Origin: Octopus sinensis
Taxonomy: Eukaryota
DNA length: 64,000 nucleotides
Assembly: GCF_006345805.1 (NCBI RefSeq)
Contig: NC_043001.1
Coordinates: 54,064,001-54,128,000, forward strand
Direction: 5' to 3'
Positions 39,532 to 55,172 of this stretch are shown here, piece after piece (position 1 is the stretch's first letter; each line of letters begins with the position of its first letter). The position numbers were made by a program, and so were the translations under genes. The notes under the pieces were generated by a model. That model was not told the origin of the DNA. It saw only the letters and a program-made list of their open reading frames with translations, and made no database searches.

Positions 39532-40042
39532 TTTAACAAACCTTCTCAACACTTGTCTTTTTTTGTCCATTCTCTGTTGTCACTCTAAATTGCCTTGAAC
39601 CAACCTGCCTACTGATCTTAGCTTATATCGTTAAATGTAAACAGTACTGATCCTTAAATAAAGGCTTAGTTTATAGTTCGGACAAAATAAAGCCCACTCA
39701 TTCATATTCTTGACAAAAAGTAAAACCATATCACACATTCCAGCTTTTTCATGATTTCCTACATATATATAAACAGTAGTAAGTAAAGATTCTTGCAGAA
39801 GTTGAACAAACCGATAGGTAACAGTTACCGTTGACATGATCTTCACAATACACACACCCACAAACACACTCACACACAAACACACACACACACACAAATA
39901 TACACACAATCCACACACACACAATCTACACACATACAAGCACACACACACAAACATATATATATATAATATTTTGTAAACAAACCCGGAGACTTAATAA
40001 CGTATATATATTATTATTATGATATATCATTATATTCTTATT

Positions 40043-40113
<71 letters not shown>

Positions 40114-40564
40114 ATATGTGTCTAAGAATGTATGTGTAAAGGTATAATTTTTCATGTGCAGAGTACAACTGAATTTCGTGTAAGAAAACATCTCTGTCTA
40201 GGGTTGGTTCCTTAGATGTTATCTAACAAACATCAAACTTTTAAATAACAAATGAATTATTGAATATAGTTACCCTGAATATAGTGTGATATGAGAAAGT
40301 TTGTGAAGAGTAAAACCAAGTGCTTTTCTGTCTAGAGAAGGATTGTAATTTACCAAGTTAAGACCCCTAGTTCATACAATTATCAGGCTGGAAATAGGCG
40401 TAGTCTCATCTTTTCGCACTTTCTCTTCTTACTTTAGGCTTTTTATCAAAGAGCGCAATGTGGCACAAATGTTATCCGAGTTGCCTGTGGATTCTCAATA
40501 ATATATTTAACGCCTTAGAAAATCTACACTATACATATTAAAACTTATGTTGCACTTTTCATGT

Positions 40565-40574
40565 CCGAATATAC

Positions 40575-40607
<33 letters not shown>

Positions 40608-40624
40608 CATACATACATACATTC

Positions 40625-40655
<31 letters not shown>

Positions 40656-40690
40656 TGTATGTATGTATGTATGTATGTATGTATGTATGC
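40565..40690. repeat. Palindromic (CATA)n-(TATG)n microsatellite
   Basis: Direct reading. Confidence 0.95.
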
Positions 40691-40959
40691 ATGCATATAT
40701 ATAAATGCATATTGGGCCGTTTTCTGTGTTACGGAAGCGTTGTGTTTCGTAACGTAACGTGAAATCTTGAATATCAAACATATTTGCCCATAAACTGCTA
40801 TGCTCATGGAAAGAAATCGGGAAAGTTGGTTTCGACTCATAGGCTTCCATATTGTTTACAAAATACTCAAGAATACATCTCTTCCGTAACGAGGGTGATG
40901 TTTATTTATACACGTGTGTATAGGTATACACACATAGATACAACAAACATACAGATACA

Positions 40960-41000
<41 letters not shown>

Positions 41001-42782
41001 CCTCACCACCGCTTGACAAACGATATTGCTTCGTTTACGTCCTGTTAAATTAGAAGCTCGTCATGATAAAACGGTATAATGACTACATGACTTTAAGAAT
41101 TAAGTACTGGGGTGAATGCGTTTGATATTCCTGTCGATTTTGCTGGTGATAGTAGTATCTTTTATCATTTACTTGTTTCAGTCATTTGACTGCACCCATG
41201 CTTTGGCACCGTCTTGAAAAGTTTTTAGTCTCAGGACTTACATTTTTTAAAAGCCTGGTACTTATTCTATCGATATATAAATGAAATTTTCTTTATTATT
41301 TTCCTGATGAAAATTTATTTTTCTACTCTTAGTAACTTACTTCTATTTTTCGCTTTATATGTCGTTATGTTTCGTAACGTGTTGTGATAATAATACCTTC
41401 AAACCTTTTGTGATAGGGCATCTGTAACAGTATTAGATGCTCCCAATTATGCTTTTTTATAGCCTATATTATTAAATTGTTGTGATGGAGTAAGATCAGT
41501 AAATTTGGATTTGGAATACTTAGAAATAAGATTGCAGAAACCCATATCTTGGTCTGAGGGAAGATTTTCCCTAACTAAGATGATAAGCATGACGCTATAT
41601 TGTTTGTAAGTACTTAATTTAAAGTGTGTGCTTAGACATGAATTGACGGAAAAAAATTATCCGTTAAGTTAAACAGCGATTCTACAACCGCTTTTTCATA
41701 TAATTATTTGACTTCAAAATCTTTTGATATCAGTTCACATAAAGAAGCTTGGAATCGCTTCTTAACGTGTTCCTAGAATTATCATGCTAAATATTATTGA
41801 TGCACTGTTGCATCAAATATATGAATGCTTAAAGAGGTTTGTAAAGATCAATTATGGTCAAGTTATTGGCTGTGTACAACCACAAATTCGAAGTAGCCAC
41901 TAGAAAATATATCTTTGCATTCACAAGAGAGTCGCGAAAGAAAATGGTAGCATATCTAGTTTTGTTTGTGCTATCCACTCTAGAAGTGTCGAAATTTCTT
42001 GTTTTTGGTTACAATGAAGAAATGCAATTGGTATGTCTCTACAGGTACAGTAAACCAGTTCTACATATATGGAATCTTACAGATATTATTGACATATAAG
42101 TTCATATCTTTTTTGTGTCTTAGACATGGCAAAATTAATGTGCCTGTGCTATTTCACAAACGTTGAATTATGTTTGTTTTCGTTTGATGGCCTCGCAAGG
42201 TACAATGTTTGCTGATGGTTGCAAAATTTCATATTTTGATCGTTGAGGGTTTTGCTGATGTTTATTGCTTTAATTTTGTTTTAATTTGTCACACAATTCT
42301 TTTATCAGAGAATGAGACGGGATTTTACTGCGAATATCTTTTTCTCTGTCGTTAGAATAAATGAAACAATGATTCATTAAAATAGTGATTTCACTTTCTG
42401 ATCGATGAGGTTTCAAAATGCTGTCCACCATTTGGTAGATCTGGAAAGAATACGTCAAAATATATAATCAATTAACTAGATGATTTAATTTTGCTTTATT
42501 TTGCTTTATTTTTGTCTTCAAGTCACTATACATAAATACATCATACACAAACAACAAAGGCTTGAACATTAATAATACACTGAGAATTGTATATATAAGG
42601 CTTATGGACTTATAAATACATATGCGCACACACACACATACATATGCTTATGTATATGTGCGTGTATACATGCACATATACCTATACATATATATAATAT
42701 GTGTGTGTCTGTGGGTATATGTATGTATGTGTGTATGTACGTACGTACGTACCTACGAACGTATGTATGTACGTTTGTATGT

Positions 42783-43375
42783 ACACAGGGTTTTCAGGCA
42801 AAACTTGACAAATTTGTATAAAAGCAAAAAGAAAACACAATATCCAGGCCAGAAATAAAAAAAATATTTTCAAAACATCCGAAGCTATGAAGCTGATTAT
42901 GGCTAGGAGATTATAGTTTACTCAAAGTAACCGTCCTTAGCTTCCACTGCAGCCTCAAGATGACTCCGGAACTTGGCGCATGCGTTCCTCACTGTGTCAC
43001 TGGGAAAATCTGAGAACACCTCTTAGATCTGGGATATTAGTTCGGCATTGATGTTTCAGGAAAAGTGATTGGTGTCTTTTTTTTAACCGCACCCTTCACA
43101 GTAACTAATCCATGGGATTACAATAGAGGAAGTTAGACGGTCAGAAATTTGGGCTGTTGAAGCCGTAGAAATTCTCCGACAACCACTTCTGACTTTTACC
43201 AGAGGAGTGCCGTAGAAATTCTCCGACAACCACTTCTGACTTTTATCAGAGGTGTGCCAAGGACACGAATCCTGCTCCTACACCTATGGCCATCCAGCAG
43301 CAACCCTTTCCAACCAGAGATTCATCACAGTCTCCAGTAATTTCACATAAATATCTGAATTGTTCAAAGGTGTGA
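42783..43375 (-). mobile_element. Tc1/mariner-superfamily transposase 3' remnant with an internal 47-bp tandem duplication
   Basis: KSQKWLSENF..NF*PSNFLYCNPMD..DTVRNACAKFRSHLEAAVEAKDGYFE*; duplicated units 43162-43208 and 43209-43255. Confidence 0.8.
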
Positions 43376-44186
43376 AGGCGTGCGAAAGTTGTTAGAATGC
43401 TTATGTCTCCTCCTCTTGGTCACGTCTTTTTTTTTTCTCAACTTTTTTCTCAACTACAAATTAAATCTTAATGCTCTCCAACGCCATCGTCTGTCACCAA
43501 GACATTAAGCTGTTCCAGAAAAAAAAAAGAAACGTAAACATTCGTCAAATTTTAGCACGAACACCCTATAATTATGTATTTATGTCTGTGAGTTGGTATG
43601 AGAGGACAGATTTGGGATCTATCTCAGGTTCTGAGATCATAGATTTGAAAACAAAAATCTTGTTAATAGTGGGTTAACAGTTGATAATGCTTTCTCACAG
43701 TTACACAAGCTTTCAAATTCTTGAGTAGTGATCAGTCAGCTGAATCGAAGCTTTACGTGTCTGATATTTTATTTTGCTGGTACAAGTTGACCTTGGTGAA
43801 ATGGACGGCAAACATGACGTTTTAACGATTCTGCCACCAAAAATACAAGGATGAAGACTCGAACAATACTTATATATCACTATGTATATAGGTATTAAAT
43901 TGCAAACATCGTGTATTCATTCAGGAGGAAATAATTTGATCGAAAATGAAAATATATATTTACGAATACGCGTATGCAACTTTATGCGAAGGTTTGATCT
44001 ACAAAACAAGAAACACATACACATAGATTTGTGTGTGTATGTGTATGTGTGTGTGTGTACGAATTTATTTAAACAAACACATTTCTAATTCTCCTTTATC
44101 TCTTACGTGCTCTCTCTCCCTCTCCCTTTATCAATCTATCTTTCGCTATATATGTGTGCGTGTGTATATATATATATATATGTATG

Positions 44187-44252
<66 letters not shown>

Positions 44253-44305
44253 ATACATACATACATACATACATATATATACATACATACATATACATAC
44301 ATACA

Positions 44306-44423
<118 letters not shown>

Positions 44424-44953
44424 GGGATCCCAAGTTAACTTTTTTCTTCCGGCTTCATCACTCATTTAAAATTATATCTCCGGCGAGTTAACATGGGGTC
44501 CCTTGACGACAATGTGACATTCATACAACTAAGGAATCTTCGGTTTAACAAGCAACTGAGTGCTTCTTATTGAGTAACAATTAATTCCGAGGATTTGCTA
44601 GCTAGGAAACATATACAACCTGGAATTTACCTGCTCCATTCCTTCAATTTGGATTTTTTTTTAGTCATAGCAACTCTAGTTGCTAACCGTAAACTATAAA
44701 ATATTTTGTTTCAGCTTATCGAACTTCGATATGGGAAACGCCTACAACAGTCTGCGTCAATAAACTATTATTGTTCCTGAAAGTTGTTTTTTTATAACTA
44801 CTACGGATTGCTGGACTCTTACTAACTACAGCGAGATCCTTGTATCTTACAATTATATTTCACTAAATACATACATACATATATATATAATATATATATA
44901 TATACATGTACATACATATATATATACATATATATATATATAATATAATATAT

Positions 44954-45001
<48 letters not shown>

Positions 45002-45011
45002 TATATATATA

Positions 45012-45055
<44 letters not shown>

Positions 45056-45285
45056 TTTCAACTGCCTATACGTTTGCAGAATTTCAGTAAACAAGTAACA
45101 CATTCAAGAATATATAACACGCACTACACCTTAGGGTACTCAGTACTTGTAACTTTATGCTTTCTTCATGCAAACAATATACAAAATCATATGCATACAT
45201 GTGTGTGGGCGTGTGTATGAGCGTATGTACGTTTACGTATGTATGTATGTATGTATGTGTGTGTATGTATGTATGTATGTATGTA

Positions 45286-45334
<49 letters not shown>

Positions 45335-47199
45335 TGTATCGATTTTGATTACTCTCAGAACAAGTAAACTAAATTCTATAGAAAGGGCTCATTTTAGCGT
45401 AGCAAAGCGATACATATATAATATAAAACATGCATATATATAGACATATGAGTGCCTGTACCTGTGTGTACGGGTATAGTAGTAGTGCTAGTGTTTATGG
45501 TAGAAACGAGTGTATTGAAATCCACCCCTTCCCCCGCTCCCGCAGTCTTGCATGCTCCCCCTCTTTCTCTCCCTCTTTCTCTTTCTCTCTCACCTCCTCT
45601 CTCTTTCTCTCTCTTCCTTCCTTTACTATTCTTTAATAATATTTCCTGTTTACTCTTTCTTTCACTCTGATTATGTGCGAGTATATATGTGAGAGCATAA
45701 TTCATTAAAAATTTTAAACGGCTGTTGATGATATATTCATTATATCTCCATTTGCCTTTTTTATATTTTCTTCTGATTCTTTATTCCTAAGTATCCATCT
45801 TCTAACATTCTTGTTCTCTTTTATGTTACCACATTTTCTATTAGTAATGTTTTTGAAAGAAAATGCTTTGAAAGCACAGAAATATAGTTTTCTTTCAAGA
45901 GTAATAACATTTGTTAAAGATTTTCTGTAGTCTGAGTAAATATTTTCACTTATTGCGCCGACAATAGCATCCTTTATGGCATTCAGAAAACAAGTAGCGT
46001 ACACACGCACACACATGTATATGTGTGTATGCATATATACGTGCGTAAACACACACACGTTGTGTGTTTGTACATATATCTTATTTAGAAATTTCAAATA
46101 ATCGCTGATAAAAGGCTGCTTGTCTCACTCGAGTGACCCTTTAAGATGAATGGAAACTTAGAGCTGTTGATGCTTCTACAAAACAATAGAAACTTATTAA
46201 GAATCGTGGGCTTTCAAGTGTTGCTAAAGTAAAACGGAAATATTTAAAAACTGATGGGGAAATAGACAACTTGAAGGGGCCGGGAAAAAGTTTGTAAATT
46301 TAGGAATGCAACAGCTGTGAGAGTCATATATAAATAATATAACAAAATAAGATAGAAAAAAAAAGAGACGTAAAGCTCAAAGTTAGAGTGAAATACAATG
46401 CTGCATTAATAATTCTTAACTGGCGGCACATTGTTTTACCGACCCCTGTGGGAATAAAGACGAAATTGAACTTGCTATGTAAAGAGCCGAAAGAATAACC
46501 GTAACGTATTTTTTCCGACGTCTTAACGATTCTGCCAGTTTGAGGATAATAATAATTATAAAAGAAAAGGAGATTAATAGTCACGCTTAAGGGAACACGT
46601 GTCTTTCTGTTAGAATCTTTTGAAATCCTTAACCACCAGATATATTTTCTCTGGCTCTAATTCTGATTCGAGTCATTTGGCAGTAACTCTAGTTGAATAG
46701 AACTCTTCGAATACACATCCAAGCACACACACGCGCACACACAAATGCATACAGATACTAGCACTCATACTCATAAACATATATGAGTGCATGTAAGGAG
46801 GCATTCTCTGTTCATAGACAGATATAGATACTTATATACATATATAACAATTGTTTGTAATTGTAATCTTCTAGATGAACTTATAATTATGACATCACGT
46901 GAACGGTTCCTTATCGAAAACAAAATATTTCGAATGTTGCAAAGATTGCATGTAATAAAATCGACTAAGATAAAATAGATATCGTTCTAATAATAAAAAT
47001 AACTAAATTCTGCAGTTTTCGTGCTATAAATTATATGTGTTATTATAAGTGCTATTCAAATTCTCAAATGTTGTTTGTTGATATGGGAGGAAATGTTTCT
47101 TTTTTCTACAGGGCTATTGGGCTGCTACAACAAAGATAGAATGTTAACGTCATGTTAAGCATATAGATTAAATGCTAGGCGCTTAACCTGATGTTAGGT

Positions 47200-47465
47200 T
47201 GAAAAGAATTGATGAAGGGTCTTTCCATCTTTCCCGGGCCATAGCTCATAGGGCCGGTTTCCTAGATCTTGTGGCGGGTATATTCCTTCCGCACTACATA
47301 AGACACTGGTCCGTCGCAAGATTAGTCATTTTTGTCAGCTAAGTGGACTAGATCAACGTGAAGTGTTTTGCGCAAAAGCACCACACATCATTCGGACTAG
47401 GAATCAAAAGTACAATTTTACAATTATGAGTGCAACTCCCTAACCACTAAACCACGCGTCACCAC
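47200..47465 (-). mobile_element. Old tRNA-head SINE (MIR/CORE-like)
   Basis: tRNA-like head on minus (cgcgtggtttagtggttagggagttg) and a cagctaagtggactag core; family from memory. Confidence 0.5.
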
Positions 47466-47921
47466 GGTGTATACACTGCTGAAATCAGTTTTTTTCATGA
47501 AAACAATGTATCTACTACAGCATATATTTGTAATGTTAATTGTTACTTAACTTGGTACATATATAGTTGGAATTGATAAGCAAAACAAACAAAACAAAAT
47601 ACGAAGACGAGTGTGTAAGCAACAAACAGATGTATAAGTTTAACGCTCGGGAAGTGGGAAAGTCTTTTACGTTTCGAAACTAAGCTCTTCAACAGAAAGG
47701 AACACAGAAATAAACAGGGAGAGAAAATAAAAAAGGTTTAGTGGCTAGCGATCAATCATGGCGAATGCCGATATATATATATATGGAGCTAATCAGCGAC
47801 AGCTTTAGTCTTATATTTATAAGACTGCCATATTAGTATGGCGATAACTATTAATTTCCAGTAACGCTGTCGTAATCTCCTTTAGAGAGACTTAGTAATT
47901 TTAATATTTCTATATATATAT

Positions 47922-47956
<35 letters not shown>

Positions 47957-47957
47957 G

Positions 47958-48191
47958 AAGGCGGCGAGATGGCAGAAACGTTAGCACGCAGGGCTAAATG
48001 CGTAGCCGTATTTCGTCTGCCGTTACGTGTTCTGAATTCTAATTCCGCCGAGGTCGACTTTGCCTTTCATACTTTCGGGGTCGATAAATTAAGTACCAGT
48101 TACGCAATGGGGTCAATGTAATCGACTTAATCCGTTTGTCTGTCCTTGCTTGGCCCTTCTGTGTTTAGCCCCTTGTGGGTAGTAAAGAAAT
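47958..48191 (+). mobile_element. Near-intact octopus SINE inserted in (TA)n
   Basis: ggcggcgagatggcagaaacgttagcacgc...ttagccccttgtgggtagtaaagaaa; same family as 2776 and 27617. Confidence 0.9.
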
Positions 48192-51100
48192 ATATATATA
48201 TATATATTTTGTACTGCCCTGACTGGATATATAGACACCTGAATCAAAGAACCCCGAACACGTGTCTTTGTATCTATTCAGCATTCAGAGAAAAGTTTTT
48301 TAATCATTTATACTTGTTTCATATTGATAAATGCGTTTTCTTTGTAACTTTAGCGGCGGCCTCGATACGTTCTTTCAGCGTGAGGAGAAACATATTTAAC
48401 TTGTTTTCTTGGAATTCAATTCCGTAGCAGCATTAGTCTTGATAGCACGTCAAAGAGAGCTTTTGAGATTTAAGAGATAAGACATAAACAAATAAGTGCA
48501 ATATAGCAGAAACTATATAATGAAGTAATTTAATAAAAGCAATATTACTCCAGGTAAAATAACACTGAACTATGTAGCTCTGAAATATATTTTATTTCTT
48601 TAGTACGATCTCTTACATTATTATTAATTGAGTACAACAAAAATTAACAGAAATACGTTTTGCTATTGCTATTGCTGCTTCAGGTGCCAGTCTTCAAAAT
48701 GGCGATTTTTTTTGTCATACTTTGTTTATTTCCACCAATGTAATTTACGACGTTGTATAGTGTTAGTTGCCGAAAGAATAACGGAGAAATATGCTCAGTG
48801 CAAAGTTGATTTGTTCAATGATAACTGTTCAACAATAAACTAATAAGTTCCTAATTCAGTAATTCACTTTATTGAGAAGCTTTTCAAGCTGTTACTGTAA
48901 CAGAAGTATTGAATATAAAATCCGCTGTGGTGGCAGTGGTTTCAAGATGTGGCCGTATTAAGGATACAGTAGTTATAAACTACTGTACAATAGTAAAATT
49001 TTTGTAAACTGTGGTTGTAACATAGCAACAACTGTCCGTATGTCTGAGTAAATTTACTAGATGCAAACAGCACTATGTTAGTAACCGATATATCTTCTAC
49101 CATCTAGCAATAATATATCGGAGGTGTTTAGTAACGATCCTTTCAGTTCTGAGATCTAATATGGCCGTCGTCAAATTTGCCGTTAAAAAAATGTTATTCT
49201 TGCAAGACAACCATCTACCCGCCCACTAATACGCTACAAATGAACTATGAAAGTTATAAATTTGATCGCAAGAGTGGAAATTCTTAACTTTAAGACTCCG
49301 ACTGTTTCATTGTTTTTACATGTTCGATATCCTTCCACTAGATCACCAGGCACTTATAACAAGGAGTAATTATAATACAACTAATAATATAAAGTATTAT
49401 CGTGGCTTTAATCTTCTTTACAAAAACAATTGTGTTTGTGAACTCATGTGAGAAATGTTTATAATATCACAGTGATATTATTCCCCAATGAGCATGCTTA
49501 GTAGTAAATGGAAATGTAAAGCAATGTAATTCTCATAAAAGATACCATACACTATAGGGTCAAATAAATCTTATTGAGACAAGTGAAACAAACAAACAAA
49601 CAAAAAAAAAGACTGTTATATAACAATTGGTCAGCACAAGTTGTTGGTTACATGTTTTCAACGGGTGGATCACATGTTCTGACAGTATTTTAGTAGGAAT
49701 AACAAGTCTGCAACTTGATATTCTCTGCAAATCATAATATTGTTTGAAAAGCGTATGTGAAGCTATGTGTGTATCTTTTGCCGTTGTATCTCACATTGAG
49801 TCACTATGAAATTAAAGTTAATTTCTTGCACTGATCCACAATTGCATTCATATTTTGTGCAGGGGTGTGTCATGTATCTTTTGAGAGTTATAGCTGAATA
49901 CTGAATACTGAATTTCAGAATTTCAGCGTAGTTTTCATTTCACTTCGCAACAAATTCCTACGTGTTCATTATGACTAACATATCGTCCAAAAAACAGCAC
50001 GCCGTATGCAAATTGTTTCTGATTCAGGATCATTTATTTCTAATTGCGAAAAGTTTGAACATTACAACCGGTGGCTATTCCTTTTATTTTTCCTATATCT
50101 AGAGAACAGTGTTCTTTGCTTGTACAAATTACTTATAACAGCTAGATTATGTTACTGGTATAATAGGTGATACTATAAAATGTTTGTATAGGTTGTTTGA
50201 TATAGTTTCTATTGATTCAACCGCTGAATTACCGGTAGACAAAAATTTATATTTATCATATACTTTATTATCTACTTTTAGGAACACTCTGCTGTACATT
50301 AGTTTATAATGTAGTTCTATTGTATATCAATCTAAACTGAATATTGTGTGTCTAAGAGGGCGTTTGATTGCTTACTTTTACAGTATTAGAAATATATGCA
50401 GGGGAAAATCTGTCAAGGTTTTGAATTGGAGGCAGTCCTATTTTGCGGTGAACGTGAAAAATTAGTCTAGTAGGATTAATTTTTACTTGAGTGACGATTA
50501 TATTTGAGAATCCTTGTTAATTTGCTGTGTTCACTGAATAAAGTGTCGATTTTTGCAGTCTATTTGTCTTTATCAATCCAACTTCACTTGTCAATGTACA
50601 TTTTGTGGTGATATCATTATTTATTAAAATATACATAATATTTTGTAACTGTGTGTTAAGTATTCTTGAAGTTAATTCTTGGAGTTTATGGTCTATGCTT
50701 ATGCTCTTTTTTTCTCGACACTGGCAAACTAGCTTCAATTCCATGTTTTATGATTTTGGTCATATTTAAGTTATAATGGAAGGCAGTGACAAGATTAAAG
50801 AACGTAATTTGAAATGCATGGGAAGATCTAATTTATCTTCTTACGTAGTTAGAATGATTTTTCCCTTTGCAAAGTTAGCTTTATTTATATTGCTCTGTCA
50901 AATGCGTCGTAAAATACAAGTTCATATATTGTAAAGAGCTGGATATATATTTTTTAAATGCATTTCTTGCTGACATATCGATGTCTTTCTTTAAGTGTAA
51001 AATTTCTGCTGCAATTTTCCTGTAATCTACGTTGATATCTGTATTTATCATTCAAACAAGTTCTTCCGGAATTTTGTTTTACACCTTACATTATTTTATA

Positions 51101-51230
51101 TTTGAGTAAAGCAAAGTTGAATTAAAGCCCAAATAAACAGCAAGGGGCTTATTCGAAAAATATATTTGATAAAATCCGTATATTCAGAAGATACAGGCAC
51201 GCTCACTCACACACATATACACTCAAGTAG

Positions 51231-51279
<49 letters not shown>

Positions 51280-51349
51280 CATACATACATACATACATAC
51301 ATACATACATACATACATACATGCATACATACATACATACATACAGACA

Positions 51350-51380
<31 letters not shown>

Positions 51381-52403
51381 TTATTACAACTTAAAATGTT
51401 ACAAGTAAAGGTAACAATAAGTTCGAAGCTGTGTCTGTTAGCCTTCCTCGGAGTGTACTACATTACATAGTCTTTGGTCAGTTATATTTATTTTGTAGGT
51501 AGAGTTATAGGAAATAATGATTAGGCGTGATGTATGTAGATTCGAGAAGTATGTGTATTGTAAAGGAGGAAGAAGAAGATAAGCCGAATGTTTGTAGATA
51601 AGCCGAGTGTTGTTGATAGAACGTTATTGTGGAGATTCTGTTTGTAGTGAGAGCTGTGTTGTTTAGAGTTCAGTCAACTGTTGAAATAACTGTGTAGAAA
51701 ATTTATATAAAAACTTACAGCAACCAAGTCTTAAGATTTTCTTCGCAAAAATTACAGTTTAAATTTTCTAACTAGGAATCAAATAATATATTAACAATCC
51801 AACCTCAGTTAAGCATATGCAGGGAAACCGCGACTAATTCATCTTTTTGTGAACCCTAGAACACATCCCAAATCCATCAAATTACGTTGCAAAGAATTTC
51901 ATTACACACATATAATACATCCAAACTGGTAACTCCTGAGTACGCAGTTATTTACAATCTTAACTGAAAGTTAATATGTATATATGCACACACACACAAA
52001 AAAAAAGTGTTTTTTTTCCATTATACGTGCAGATCGCAAGAAGAAGGTTTGAACTGGAAAAATATCATCTGTAGAATAGCATGAAAATCTACAACGGTAA
52101 TCAAAGAGCTACAGAGAAAAACTAAAATAGATAAATGGCATTAAAAAAATGGCATGTTTGATCTTGATTATATTGGTACCACCTAAAAAACATTGAAACT
52201 TTATTCTCTCTCAACGCTATCGTGACCGCTATATCATTTCCACAATATAGAGAATATACTACCAGCAGTATCCAGACGACCTTAACATCAGATTAGGATT
52301 TCATCCAAGCCGAGTCAAGTGCCTTTACGCAATTCAGGCACAGAACACATACAGTCACTGCAGCACAATTTCTTTTCCTCAACAGGCTTTGTTTTATTTA
52401 ACA

Positions 52404-52961
52404 CTAGCAGAGATACTCGGCATTGCCCGTGTTACATGCAATTGAAGAATTAGACTTTTCTGTTATATTTTCTGTAATGAACTGGAATATCTATGTTTCG
52501 AATTTCATAAAAATTGCAGATGAGGGTCATTTCCCTCTTTACACACCCTAAAGAAATTGTAATCTTGCCACATGTAACCCATACTACTGATTTTTATGTG
52601 CATATTCCAAAATTCCAGTCTTATTGAACCTGTTGAAGGGATTTTGCTCCTGAAAAATGAGAGTGAAGGCCCTTGTTGGGGGTGAGTGTCTTAATGTCAA
52701 GCAGAGAAGTTGAAGTGTTGAGAATCTTTTTAACTTGAGTCTTATATCTATTGTTTGAATTTCTTTGAACTAGGAAATATATGTTCACTGGGTTTGTAAA
52801 AGAGAGCAAAGCTACAGGAAACCAAAAGACGAATGATCACAATAAGCAGTCAGCTACCCTAACCTAGTCGTTACCACTCCCAATGTCAAGTTTTAGGAAT
52901 TCACACAGACAGACAGACACACACATACACACACACACATTCTCAGTTTTATATATATAGA
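52404..52961 (-). mobile_element. Non-autonomous Helitron
   Basis: Minus strand A|TCtatatatataaaactgag ... cacgggcaatgccgagtatctctgCTAG|T. Confidence 0.75.
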
Positions 52962-55140
52962 TTATCACAAAACAAATCAAAGAAAAGCATCCAAAGAAAC
53001 CGGGACAAATGTCTTCAAGGGATACCAAATAAATCATCTATACCTGGATATATCTCAGTCAACAATATCTCCCTACTTGAATGGACCATGATACCACAAA
53101 ACCTCACATAAAATGACTTAACAGATCCTATTAGGTAGTGGTGTTAAGTTAGTCGTTGCTTGGGCCAATCTTTGTCCGAAACATATCTAAGTTACATGTG
53201 TCACATTCATTGCTCAATACAATCATGCAATGAATGTGTCAAATACCTTTTCGCTGTTTTGCCGAATTTATTTGGCTGGAATCGAAAAGCAATGCAGAGT
53301 TGTTTCTCGATATTGCGTTTTTTTAATACTGTCAATTAATCGTTCTCTCCATAAACTTTCTGTGTGTATAAGCTTGTGTACGTTTGAAGCAGCATACACA
53401 TATAAAAGGACCTTGAATGATTTCTTTTCGTAAATATATATATAGTAATTTTGAACGAAAAATTTGTACTCATATGTTTCTTCAAATAAGAACTTACTCA
53501 ATCCAACATATACTAATTTTATATATAAGGCGGTGCAGGACTTAATAGATATAAACTCTTCAAATGACAGGCGCAAATAATTTGAAATATTGTTCAAATC
53601 ATTCAGTTGGTCATATATACGTACGGCTGTTGACAAAGTCAATAAGAAAGAGAAGTGATTAACTGCTTCTAAGGGTATAACTGCTTTAACTTGATTATAA
53701 ACTGGTATATGTGCATTTCACCACTGGAGCACATAGTTATCTTTGTAAATGTTAAAGCTATAAACTTGTTTCACAAGTCGGTAAGCAAACTACTTCTTAA
53801 ACTATGCAAATCTATCTTATAATTCTTAACATGTAAGTATATATTTGTTATAGTCAAAACTCCAATGATGATCACTAAATCTTCCTTAGAAACCATCTTC
53901 ATTCTTTGAGGGATTAATTCACAGAATATATAATATATCTTTAGATAGCACAATCCTTTTGTCTCAGACTTAGTGGACTTGAATTAGATGCCCGACTCAA
54001 TCACTTGTTCACAAACGAAGATAAACAAAGTGTATTCATGCGAATAGTCAACCGGATGCTTCGACTTAGCATTAAATCTATAAAAAAATTTATAAACCTA
54101 ATTTGGTGCTGTTTGTTTATATTGGTTTAATGCAACTGAACATTTATAATTTGATGAAAGGAATTCTTTCTTAATCATCATGAATATTTGTTCAAAGTAT
54201 ATGCTGACATTCAGCTAATCATATAAGATACCATGAATGGAAATATTGCACACACTTTGAGCACATCATGTTATAGATAAAGCTGCGTTAATCGGTTATC
54301 TTTGTGCAAGAGAAAGTGCCAGTGCTTTCATTACAGAGTTGATACTACTTCTACTTTTAAGTACTTTAGCAATTTATAACAGGATACAACTTTTAAATAC
54401 TACACAATTTTTCAGATATTTGAGATACTATTTCATTTATTTCTTATTTTCAAAGTTATATTTCCAAGTTGGAAAATTAACAGAACTCTACTCCTGATCA
54501 CCTGATCTCGCATACAATCTACACCAATAAATCTCTAGTAAAGGATGTTATGCATCACTATTTCTTATTTCCCCTGCTAAGATGAAAAGTCGATTGAAGC
54601 TGACAGTGGAAATAAACCATCGAATTCATTGTCAAACAGTATTTACTTTCGATGCTCTTAGTTTTGAGTTTCATTCTTTATTGTAAGTTCAACAAAATGT
54701 GTAGTGACTATATTTTATATAGCTGCATATATTCAGTCAAATATACTCAAGCCAAGCAATATTCTCTTGCAACAATCTATAATCATAAATGTGCTTTACA
54801 GCTTCTAACAAAGTTGCAATTCCGCTAAAATACAGTATTTTCTATCTTTTAAGTTATTTTCAATTCACGGCGTTTTCATTTGCATCATTTTATTTGTAGT
54901 TATAAGAATGTTTTATACATTTTAAATTTAGCAAATTTACTCAGTTATATCTTAAATAAATACTATTTATTAGAAAGAGAATCAGAGAAGAGACACTTAA
55001 ACAACAAGAAAATTAATAAAGTATATTCCAATGCAATCTTATAAATAAAATAAAAATAAAATAAAAGACCAAAAGACAATCATATACAATAATGTGGTGA
55101 TAGCACAATGGATTGTATATGGGAAAGAAAGAAAGAATGA

Positions 55141-55172
<32 letters not shown>

